In this document: positions 1-7,083 of the stretch, piece after piece
How the letters are laid out: each line of letters starts with the position of its first letter
Numbering within the stretch: the first letter of the stretch is position 1
From: a virus
Taxonomy: Duplodnaviria; Caudoviricetes
Virus record (IMG/VR): IMGVR_UViG_3300048901_000130
Coordinates: 1 to 28,605 of that record
Reading direction: 5' to 3' (one strand)
Length of the DNA: 28,605 nt
The notes under the pieces: model-generated
What the model saw: only the letters and a program-made list of their open reading frames with translations
Told to the model about the DNA's origin: nothing
The model's database searches: none
Made by a program: the position numbers and the translations under genes

Positions 1-1
1 A

Positions 2-151
2 AAACACCATGCGCTCACGGTGTACTTCGACGACGAGCTCTGGACTACGATGCAACGCGCGGCGTTCGGGCGCTGCGCTTCGATGCCGTCGTACATCCGA
101 TCTCTGGTGATGCGTGACTGCGGTCGTCCAACAACGCGAGGTGCAGCATGA
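2..151 (+). CDS. Partial (5'-truncated) small protein, ribbon-helix-helix/CopG-like
   Basis: Frame 2 is open from the window edge: KHHALTVYFDDELWTTMQRAAFGRCASMPSYIRSLVMRDCGRPTTRGAA*. The strand-helix-helix pattern fits RHH proteins. Its TGA overlaps the next ATG (ATGA). Confidence 0.5.
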   Translation, partial: KHHALTVYFDDELWTTMQRAAFGRCASMPSYIRSLVMRDCGRPTTRGAA

Positions 152-450
152 GCGACCGCGTTCCTCTCGGCAACAGGCGAGCAAACGAGACCTTCGAGGT
201 GAAACACGGCTCGCACGCCGTGACTGTCACCGTCGGTTATTATGCCAACGGCAGCCTCGGCGAAGTGTTTGTCAGCGATCCGAAGGTGGGATCGAGCATG
301 GAAGCCATCGCCCGCGATGCTGCGGTGCTGCTCAGTCTCTCCATGCAATTCGGCGTGCCCATCGACACCATGCGCCACGCCATCACCCGCGAGCAGGACG
401 GATCGCCCTCAAGCATCATCGGGGCGGTGCTGGACCAGTTGGGGAAGTGA
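148..450 (+). CDS. Stand-alone TSCPD-domain protein (class II ribonucleotide reductase C-terminal-like)
   Basis: 100 aa with R..L..RR, VTVGYY..G.LGEVF, LLSLSMQFGVP and SSIIG motifs resembling the NrdJ C-terminal domain. GAGG RBS upstream. Confidence 0.7.
   Translation: MSDRVPLGNRRANETFEVKHGSHAVTVTVGYYANGSLGEVFVSDPKVGSSMEAIARDAAVLLSLSMQFGVPIDTMRHAITREQDGSPSSIIGAVLDQLGK
421..450 (+). repeat. Degenerate direct repeat, copy 1 (encodes GAVLDQLGK*)
   Basis: ggggcggtgctggaccagttggggaagtga; 24/30 nt identical to 1304-1333. Confidence 0.8.
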
Positions 451-452
451 CC

Positions 453-707
453 ATGATTTGCAGATATGAAGTTGAAGTTCGAGCGCAGTGCCCGGTAAAC
501 CCGGACGATCGCGACATGTATGCCTTTGTCATCGAGACGCAGGCGATGATCGAGGTCGAGCGCATCGTGGCGTTCTTTGGGGAGCACGCCGGAACGCGCA
601 ACGTCTTTCAGGAGGCCCTGACGCAGAAGTGCGCCGTCACACTTGGCGCGAAGGTGATCAGTGTCGGCTGGCACTCGGGCGTGAAAGTCACCTGCGAAGC
701 ACCGTGA
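453..707 (+). CDS. QueF-like (T-fold) protein, probable preQ0 amidinotransferase
   Basis: 84 aa from ATG 453. CPVNPDDRD (catalytic Cys/Asp position), FQEALT (cf. QueF FHE) and a C-terminal HSGVKV strand. Lacks the QueF ESKSLK NADPH motif. Confidence 0.7.
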   Translation: MICRYEVEVRAQCPVNPDDRDMYAFVIETQAMIEVERIVAFFGEHAGTRNVFQEALTQKCAVTLGAKVISVGWHSGVKVTCEAP

Positions 708-1333
708 TCTATCTGAGCGGGACCATCCGCCCCAACATGAAGCCGCACCCGATGCTGGGATTCATGAACACTCCGAGGCGGCGCGAGGACGTGCCCGATG
801 GTGCTGCGTGGGCGGCCGACACCGGAATCTTCGGTTGCCCGCAACTGCACGACGACGACGCCTATCTGCGGTGGCTCGACGGGAAGCCGCGAGAGCGCTG
901 CCTGTTCGCGACCGCGCCCGACGTGGTGGGCGATCACGCGGCGACGCTGGTGCGCTCGATCCCGATGCTGCGGCGCATCCGCGACGCCGGTTACCGCCCG
1001 GCGCTGGTCGCGCAGGATGGTTGGGACCCGCGGTCGGTCCCGTGGGAGGACTTCGACGTGTTGTTCGTCGGTGGCACCAACGGCTTCAAGCTCGGCGTGG
1101 CCGGGTTCGCGGTCGACCAGGCGCTCGCGCGCGGCAAGGCGGCTCACATGGGACGCGTCAATTCATACAAGCGCCTGCGAGTGGCAGCGGCGCTCGGCTG
1201 CGATAGCGCAGACGGCACGTTCTTGAAGTTCGGCCCCGATGTGAACGAGCCGCGCTTGCTGCGTTGGTTCGAGCAACTGAGGGCTGAGCCGTTGCTGCCG
1301 TTGGGCGCCGTGCTCGATCAATTGTGGAAGTGA
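704..1333 (+). CDS. TGT-fold DpdA-like deazaguanine DNA transglycosylase
   Basis: 209 aa from GTG 704 (GTGA overlap with the upstream stop). Ordered motifs AADTGIF, APDVVGD, VAQDG, FVGG, HMGRVN, DSADGT parallel the TGT/DpdA barrel motifs. Confidence 0.65.
   Translation: MIYLSGTIRPNMKPHPMLGFMNTPRRREDVPDGAAWAADTGIFGCPQLHDDDAYLRWLDGKPRERCLFATAPDVVGDHAATLVRSIPMLRRIRDAGYRPALVAQDGWDPRSVPWEDFDVLFVGGTNGFKLGVAGFAVDQALARGKAAHMGRVNSYKRLRVAAALGCDSADGTFLKFGPDVNEPRLLRWFEQLRAEPLLPLGAVLDQLWK
1304..1333 (+). repeat. Degenerate direct repeat, copy 2 (encodes GAVLDQLWK*)
   Basis: ggcgccgtgctcgatcaattgtggaagtga; 5 of the 6 mismatches to copy 1 are synonymous third positions. Confidence 0.8.
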
Positions 1334-1348
1334 ACGCAATGGAAACTA

Positions 1349-1391
1349 ACAAACAATGTTGGCGACGCAATCAATGCGGGACTGCGTCGCC
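1349..1391 (-). terminator. Probable terminator hairpin between convergent genes
   Basis: Perfect 9-bp stem GGCGACGCA (1361-1369) / TGCGTCGCC (1383-1391), followed on the - strand by aacattgtttgtt. Lies just downstream of the micro-ORF stop. Confidence 0.55.
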
Positions 1392-1400
1392 GTCGTTCGG

Positions 1401-1493
1401 TTATCGGCCAGGCTGTCCGGGCTGGTTCGGTTGTCCTGGCTGTCCGGGCTTCGGGTTCGGATCGCCCGGGTGCGGGTCCTTGGGGTCTGGCAT
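1401..1493 (-). CDS. 30-aa Pro/Gly/Gln-rich micro-protein
   Basis: MPDPKDPHPGDPNPKPGQPGQPNQPGQPGR*. Perfect AAGGAGG RBS (1505-1499) 5 nt from the ATG, with a promoter motif upstream and a hairpin downstream. Confidence 0.65.
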   Translation of the reverse strand: MPDPKDPHPGDPNPKPGQPGQPNQPGQPGR

Positions 1494-1527
1494 CGCTGCC
1501 TCCTTGGTTTTGTCACGAACGTGGCAC

Positions 1528-1553
1528 AACGCGGCGATTGCCAAGGCTGTTCC
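1528..1553 (-). promoter_or_regulatory. EcfG (general stress response sigma)-type promoter
   Basis: GGAAC-agccttggcaatcgccg(17 nt)-CGTT matches the alphaproteobacterial GGAAC-N16/17-CGTT consensus and lies 22 nt upstream of the RBS. Confidence 0.65.
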
Positions 1554-1582
1554 GGTTTGATGGTTTTGCTGGGGAACATCGC

Positions 1583-2056
1583 ATGAGCTACTGGACCGTG
1601 GTGCGAACAACATCGTTTCGGGAGAACGCCGTTGCGGATCAACTGCGGCGCGCCGGCTTTCCGGTCTATCTGCCACGCACTCAAGAACGCGCTCGCGATC
1701 GTCAGTTGCGGACCGTGCCGTTGTTTCCCTGCTATCTGTTTGCTCAGGTGGTGGAACGCTGGGCGCCGATCGTTGCCACCGTTGGCGTGGTGCGATTGCT
1801 GCGTGCTGGTGATGGACCAGCACGATTACCCGATTACGTGATCGACGAACTGCACAAGCGCGAAGTAGATGGCATCGTTCGGTTGCCACCATTGCGTCGC
1901 GGTCAGGCGGTTCGGATCGTGCGTGGCAGCCTCAAAGGTCAGTTCGCAATCTATCAGGGGATGTCGGGTCGTGACCGGGAACACGTGCTGCTGTCGTTCC
2001 TCGGTCGTGAGGTGCATGCCGAGATCAGGGCAGGCGATGCGGTTGCCTACCACTAG
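1583..2056 (+). CDS. NusG/RfaH-family transcription elongation/antitermination factor
   Basis: 157 aa from ATG 1583. NGN domain (W.VV.T, GFPVYLP, PLFPCYLF, GVVRLL) plus KOW-like GQAVRIVRGSLKG and C-terminal LLSFLGR. Confidence 0.85.
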   Translation: MSYWTVVRTTSFRENAVADQLRRAGFPVYLPRTQERARDRQLRTVPLFPCYLFAQVVERWAPIVATVGVVRLLRAGDGPARLPDYVIDELHKREVDGIVRLPPLRRGQAVRIVRGSLKGQFAIYQGMSGRDREHVLLSFLGREVHAEIRAGDAVAYH

Positions 2057-2293
2057 GGCTTGTGTTCCGGCTCACCATAGCCTACAAGGCACACCGCGAT
2101 GCAGTTGATCCTGCTACCGAATTGCCATCACGCTAGGCAATCCCGGCCTGCGGATGCGTCCGAAGCCCCAACATAATACCACATACTTGATAGCCTCTCA
2201 TTCGTTCACAATTAAATGCTGATGCGTTTTGGTTTCGATGGCTATCCTGCTAGGGGCCACCTTCAGCCAGCGAATGTGGAGCCAACGTAGTGG

Positions 2294-2365
2294 CCGGGGG
2301 GGCCCCAAAAAAAAGCAGGAACCGCCGACGTATGACCGCGCGCATAGCTTCGCGTTAGATTCCGC
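2294..2365. other. Candidate cos/packaging-initiation region
   Basis: Non-coding G7-C4-A8 run followed by gaccgcgcgc, upstream of the MTase-terS-terL block. Position and composition resemble cos regions of P27/HK97-type terminase phages. The exact cut site cannot be determined. Confidence 0.4.
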
Positions 2366-2403
2366 AGGTTAGCAACCGGGGGTAGGTATTGGAGCCCGCT
2401 ACA

Positions 2404-3681
2404 ATGCAATGGCCGGCGGACCAGGTTGAGCGGCGGCCGGTCTCGGCGCTGGTGCCGAGCGCGCGCAACGCGCGAACCCATTCGGATGCCCAGGTGGCGC
2501 AGATCGCCGCCTCGATTCGCGAGTGGGGTTGGACCATGCCGATCCTGGTCGATGAAGCGGGGATCATCATCGCTGGGCACGGGAGAGTGCTGGCTGCCGC
2601 CCGGTTGGGCCTCGGTGAGGTGCCGGTGATGGTGGCTCGCGGTTGGACGGAAGCGCAGAAGCGCGCCTACATGCTGGCCGACAACAAGCTGCCGCTCAAC
2701 GCCGGCTGGAACGACGAACTGCTGCAGATCGAACTAACAGACCTCGCGAGCATGGGGTTTGATATTCCGTTGGTCGGTTTTTCCGAGCGCGAGTTATCGG
2801 CGCTCAACGTCTCGGGCAATCCGGGGCTTACCGATCCCGACGAGGTCCCGGACGCGCCGGCCATTCCGGTAACGCGCCCGGGCGACGTGTGGATGCTCGG
2901 CCCGCACCGCCTGCTGTGCGGCGACGCGACCAAGCCCGGCGACGTTGCCAAGGCACTCGGCGGTGTGCGCCCGCAACTGATGGTTACCGATCCGCCGTAT
3001 GGGGTGAATTACGATCCAGACTGGCGCAACCGCGCGGATCGAGCGAACGGAAAGCCCTATGGCGCGAGCGCCATAGGGCAGGTGTCGAATGATCACCGCG
3101 CCGATTGGCGTGAAGCGTGGGCGTTATTCCCTGGCGATGTTGTCTATGCATGGCACCCGCCGGGTGCCATGCAAGTTAATCACTACGAGGCGCTGGTCGC
3201 CGCTGGGTTTGAAGTTCGGATGCAAATCATCTGGGCCAAGCAGCAATTCCCTATTGGTCGCGGCAACTATCACGTTCAGCATGAGCCGTGTTGGTACGCC
3301 GTACGCAAAGGCAAGACGGCACACTGGCAAGGCGACCGCACGCAATCGACGCTTTGGCAGATCGACAAGCCGGTGAAATCCGAGACCGGTCACTCTACCC
3401 AGAAGCCGGTCGAGTGCATGAAACGCCCGATTGACAACAACTCCTCGCCCGGCCAGGCGGTCTATGATCCGTTCGTCGGCTCGGGCACCACCATCATCGC
3501 CGCCGAGATGACCGGCCGGGCTTGTCACGCCATCGAGATCGATCCCGTCTATGTCGACGTTGTCATCGAGCGTTGGCAAAACTTCACCGGCGAGCAGGCG
3601 GTGCTGGACGGGCAAACGTTTGAGCATATCAAGGCGGCGCGACATTCCGCTGCCGGCGCCGAACTGGAGGCTGTAGGTTGA
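2404..3681 (+). CDS. ParB-like N-terminal domain fused to beta-class N6-A/N4-C DNA methyltransferase
   Basis: N-terminal NARTHS..QVAQIAASI..GW..PILVD...IIAGHGR, then TDPPY (motif IV), HSTQKP and DPFVGSGTT (motif I). GGAG RBS before ATG 2404; alternative TTG start at 2389. Confidence 0.92.
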   Translation: MQWPADQVERRPVSALVPSARNARTHSDAQVAQIAASIREWGWTMPILVDEAGIIIAGHGRVLAAARLGLGEVPVMVARGWTEAQKRAYMLADNKLPLNAGWNDELLQIELTDLASMGFDIPLVGFSERELSALNVSGNPGLTDPDEVPDAPAIPVTRPGDVWMLGPHRLLCGDATKPGDVAKALGGVRPQLMVTDPPYGVNYDPDWRNRADRANGKPYGASAIGQVSNDHRADWREAWALFPGDVVYAWHPPGAMQVNHYEALVAAGFEVRMQIIWAKQQFPIGRGNYHVQHEPCWYAVRKGKTAHWQGDRTQSTLWQIDKPVKSETGHSTQKPVECMKRPIDNNSSPGQAVYDPFVGSGTTIIAAEMTGRACHAIEIDPVYVDVVIERWQNFTGEQAVLDGQTFEHIKAARHSAAGAELEAVG

Positions 3682-4448
3682 GCGGTCCAAATAAACTTCC
3701 AACGCATCTGAAACTGCTGCGCGGCAATCCGGGCAAACGCGCGCTGCCGCCCGAGGCTGAGTTCGAGAACGCGCCCGACGTCCCCGAGCCGCTGGCCTTC
3801 CTAATGCCGGCGGCGAAGGCGGAGTGGCGGCGCATTGCCGGCGGGCTGTATCATATGGGGTTGCTCTCGTTGGTCGATGAGCATCCGTTGGCCGCGTACT
3901 GCCAGGCGGTTGCGCGTTGGAAGGCTGCGGAAGATGCGATCGCGGAAATGGCCAAGCGCGATTTGCTCACCAAGGGATTGATGATCAAGACTACTGGCGG
4001 CAACGCGATTCAGAATCCGTTGGTGGGTACTGCTAACAAAGCGGCTTCGGATATGGTGCGATATGCCTCAGAGTTCGGATTTACTCCTGCCGCCCGCGCC
4101 CGCATCGCCGCCGGCAATACCAGCAACGGACCGCAATCAAAGTTCGCCGGCCTCATTGGCGGCCTGGGCGGAAGTGAAAGTGACACCGGCCGGAAAGCGG
4201 CGCGCCGCGCGCGTTATCAAGTTCATCGAAACCCTGACGGTCCCGAGCGGGATGGGACAGGGGAAGCGATTCAAGCTGGCGCCGTGGCAGAAGGCGTGGA
4301 TTCGGGACATCTACGAGCCGCATCGGAACGGCCGTCGGGTGGTGCGCCGGGCGATCCTGTCCATTGGTCGGAAGAATGGGAAGACCGCGCTGATCGCGGC
4401 GTTAGCGTTGGCGCATCTGATCGGGCCGGAAGCGATTCCGAACGGTGA
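3678..4448 (+). CDS. terS: Terminase small subunit, P27 family, with an unusual C-terminal extension overlapping terL
   Basis: PTHLKLLRGNPGKR, LAAYC, IQNPLV and EFGFTPAARARI motifs. GGAGG RBS at 3666-3670; TTGA overlap with the MTase stop. Confidence 0.88.
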   Translation: MSGPNKLPTHLKLLRGNPGKRALPPEAEFENAPDVPEPLAFLMPAAKAEWRRIAGGLYHMGLLSLVDEHPLAAYCQAVARWKAAEDAIAEMAKRDLLTKGLMIKTTGGNAIQNPLVGTANKAASDMVRYASEFGFTPAARARIAAGNTSNGPQSKFAGLIGGLGGSESDTGRKAARRARYQVHRNPDGPERDGTGEAIQAGAVAEGVDSGHLRAASERPSGGAPGDPVHWSEEWEDRADRGVSVGASDRAGSDSER

Positions 4449-5742
4449 AATCTACAGCGCGGCGAACGATCGGGATCAGGCAGCGATCGTTTTCAAGTTT
4501 GCGCGTCAGATCGTCGAGTGCGATCCCGAGTTGATGGCGATGCTGGAAGTCGTGCCGTCGACCAAGACGATGGTGGCGCCGATCACTGGCTCGATCTACC
4601 GGGCGGTGTCGGCGGAAGCGGGAACGAAGCACGGATACCTGCCCAGCGTCGTCATCTACGACGAGCTCGCGCAGGCTAAGAACCGCGATCTCTACGACGT
4701 GCTCGATACCTCGTTCGGCGCCCGCGACGAGCCGTTGTTCGTCACCATCAGCACGCAGTCGAACGATCCCGAGCATATCCTCTCGAAGCTGATCGACGAC
4801 GGGCTGTCGAAGACCGATCCGGCGATCGTCTGTCACTTGTACGCCGCGGACGAGGACTGCGCGCTTGACGATGAGGCGCAGTGGGCCAAGGCGAACCCCG
4901 CGCTCGGCATCTTTCGCGATCGCGAGGACTTGGTCACCGCGGTGCATAAGGCGATGCGGATGCCGGCCGAGGAGCCCAAGGTCCGCAACCTGTTTCTCAA
5001 TCAGCGGGTGTCGCCATCATCGCCGCTGATTGCCCGCGCCGAATGGTTCGCCTGCGCCTCGACCGAGCCGGTCGAGTTTGCCGACGGCGAGGAGGTCTAT
5101 CTCGGGCTCGACTTGTCCAGCGTGCTCGACCTCACCGCTCTGGTCATGGGCTCGGTCGACGCACCGATGCGCGTTCAATCGTTCTTCTGGAAGCCGGCCG
5201 AACTCTTGCGCGAGCACTCGGATCGCGACTTCGGCGCCGGTAACCAGCGTTATGTCGAATGGCACCAGGCCGGCCACCTCAACACCAGCCCGGGCAGGAG
5301 CATCGCGCCCGAGGTCATCGCGCTGTTCATCGCCGAGCTCACGCAGCGCTATCGCATCCGCGGCTTGGCTTACGATCGCTGGCGCATCGATGAGCTAATG
5401 CGCGAATTCGATCGGCTCGGGCTGCAGACCTACAAGGACGGGGAGACCGGCGACGGGCTGCGCGTGGTGCCCTGGGGCCAGGGTTTCAAGGACATGGGGC
5501 CGGCGATCGACGCGCTCGAACTCGCGATCACCGAGCGCTCGTTGGTGCATAGTAACAATCCGCTCTTGAACTGGAATATCGGCAACGCCATCGCCACCAC
5601 CGATCCGGCCGGCAATCGCAAGCTCGACAAGGGCAAGGCACGGTTTCGGATCGACGGCGCGGTGGCGCTGGCCATGTTGCTCGGGCTGCGTGGGCGCGAT
5701 CGCGTGGAAGAGCCGATCGATATCGCAGCGCTGATCGGGTGA
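4156..5742 (+). CDS. terL: Terminase large subunit
   Basis: Walker A GRKNGKT, Walker B VVIYDE, motif III TISTQ, nuclease GLDLSSVLDLTA and RIDGAVA. Start uncertain (TTG 4156 or GTG 4174). Confidence 0.95.
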   Translation: MAAWAEVKVTPAGKRRAARVIKFIETLTVPSGMGQGKRFKLAPWQKAWIRDIYEPHRNGRRVVRRAILSIGRKNGKTALIAALALAHLIGPEAIPNGEIYSAANDRDQAAIVFKFARQIVECDPELMAMLEVVPSTKTMVAPITGSIYRAVSAEAGTKHGYLPSVVIYDELAQAKNRDLYDVLDTSFGARDEPLFVTISTQSNDPEHILSKLIDDGLSKTDPAIVCHLYAADEDCALDDEAQWAKANPALGIFRDREDLVTAVHKAMRMPAEEPKVRNLFLNQRVSPSSPLIARAEWFACASTEPVEFADGEEVYLGLDLSSVLDLTALVMGSVDAPMRVQSFFWKPAELLREHSDRDFGAGNQRYVEWHQAGHLNTSPGRSIAPEVIALFIAELTQRYRIRGLAYDRWRIDELMREFDRLGLQTYKDGETGDGLRVVPWGQGFKDMGPAIDALELAITERSLVHSNNPLLNWNIGNAIATTDPAGNRKLDKGKARFRIDGAVALAMLLGLRGRDRVEEPIDIAALIG

Positions 5743-5748
5743 CGGAAA

Positions 5749-6132
5749 GTGATTGAACGTGCACAGCCGTCGATCGATGTCCTTAACGGCCCGGTCATCG
5801 ATGCCGGCCAATCTTATTCGGCGGTGGTGTCGCTCGGGGGAGCCTATGTCGTCGGCCTGATCACGCCGGATGGATGGACCCCTGCCGTGGTGACGGTCAT
5901 GGTGTCGGCAGAGGGGGACAATTACTGGGACTTGTTTGACGGCAAGGGTGGTGAGTTCGTTTTTAATATTACGCCCGGCACTATGATCAATGTCGATCCC
6001 AATCTGTTGATGATGGCGGCTCATCTCAGGCTGCGGTCCGGACGCCGTGGCGCGGAGGTGCCGCAGGAACACACGCGGCGCTTCTATCTCGTCACCAGGA
6101 ACAGCATCGCGGCGATCAGCGTCGAGAAATGA
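5749..6132 (+). CDS. Hypothetical beta-rich virion protein (paralogue of 7084-7533)
   Basis: 127 aa sharing GP.I.AG.S.S, T..VS..G..Y.DL and RSG.R...V.Q motifs with 7084-7533. Confidence 0.7.
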   Translation: MIERAQPSIDVLNGPVIDAGQSYSAVVSLGGAYVVGLITPDGWTPAVVTVMVSAEGDNYWDLFDGKGGEFVFNITPGTMINVDPNLLMMAAHLRLRSGRRGAEVPQEHTRRFYLVTRNSIAAISVEK

Positions 6133-7061
6133 CCGACTATCAGCCGCTCGATGACGATCTGACCAGTCTCGCTGCGGCATCGGCAGAAAACGCCATGTAT
6201 TACCGCAGCGGCAGGGGTGCATGGGCGCCGCTCGCCCTTGGCGGTGGTCTGATTTTCGATACCGGCACGTTGTCGGCACCAGGAGGTGGCGCAACTGAAT
6301 ACGGGTTTGAATCGCTAACCACGGCACCACCGAATGCGCGCAGGATACGCTTCAACAATGCCACCCCAGCAAACACGACCGCGATCTACATCTACAACAC
6401 CACCGCCGGGCGAAATGACATCAGGTTGATTTTGCTCGATCTGCCCGTCAATGCCTTGATCTACATTCAGGACAAAAACAACAGCGGCAATTTCGTCAAA
6501 TTCCTGGTGACCGCACCGACAATTGACCGCAGCAGCTATATTGAGATTCCGGTTGTCGCGATCGCTTTCGGTGGCGCCATTCCCAACGATGGACGCGCAC
6601 TCCTTTATGTGTCCAACAGCGGCAGAGGTGTCACTAATGGGAGCAATGCCGCCGCCGGCATGGTGGGTGAATTCTTGTCGGCCAGCAACACCGCCGGCAG
6701 CGCTCTGACCACCGGCGTTGCGCTCAACGTGGCGTCGCTAACATTGACGGCGGGCGACTGGCACGTGTGGGGACAGACAATTTTTGCGGAGGCAAACAAC
6801 ACTATCCCCAGCATGATGGCTACAGCCACCAGCCCTTCTTCGGGGACTCTTCCAACGCTGGCGCAACTTGCATCGGGAATAGGGGCGATGACGCAAATAG
6901 TGGCAAATTTCACCAAGGGTGCGGCCAACCAAATCATGCAGACGGGGCCAGACCGCTATAGCTCAAACGCATCACAGAATGTCTATCTCGTAGCCCAGGC
7001 CGCCTTCGGCGGCGGGGCTTTGACTGTAACGGGCTGCATCTCAGCAAGACGAGTCCGATGA
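6129..7061 (+). CDS. Probable head/fibre-type virion protein
   Basis: 310 aa. N-terminal YQPLDDDLTSLA fibre-like motif, and GVTNGSNAAAGMVGEFLS followed by a beta-rich C-terminal domain ending ISARRVR. ATGA coupling to the upstream gene. Confidence 0.6.
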   Translation: MTDYQPLDDDLTSLAAASAENAMYYRSGRGAWAPLALGGGLIFDTGTLSAPGGGATEYGFESLTTAPPNARRIRFNNATPANTTAIYIYNTTAGRNDIRLILLDLPVNALIYIQDKNNSGNFVKFLVTAPTIDRSSYIEIPVVAIAFGGAIPNDGRALLYVSNSGRGVTNGSNAAAGMVGEFLSASNTAGSALTTGVALNVASLTLTAGDWHVWGQTIFAEANNTIPSMMATATSPSSGTLPTLAQLASGIGAMTQIVANFTKGAANQIMQTGPDRYSSNASQNVYLVAQAAFGGGALTVTGCISARRVR

Positions 7062-7083
7062 GGGACGAATAAGGGAGCCTGCC

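Noticed and set aside
114-452. N-terminal extension of the 197-aa ORF 114-707 (and likewise 488-703 of the 281-aa ORF)
   Set aside because: Arg-rich shadow translations overlapping real genes. Protein-like sequence starts at ATG 453 and GTG 704.
1405-1470. Short repeats (ggctgtccgggct twice) as a CRISPR or iteron array
   Set aside because: Explained by PGQ codons of the micro-ORF; no spacers or cas genes.
2378-2391. GGGGGTAGGTATTG as an RfaH ops site
   Set aside because: Matches only part of GGCGGTAGnnTG and lacks the correctly spaced TG; too weak to call.
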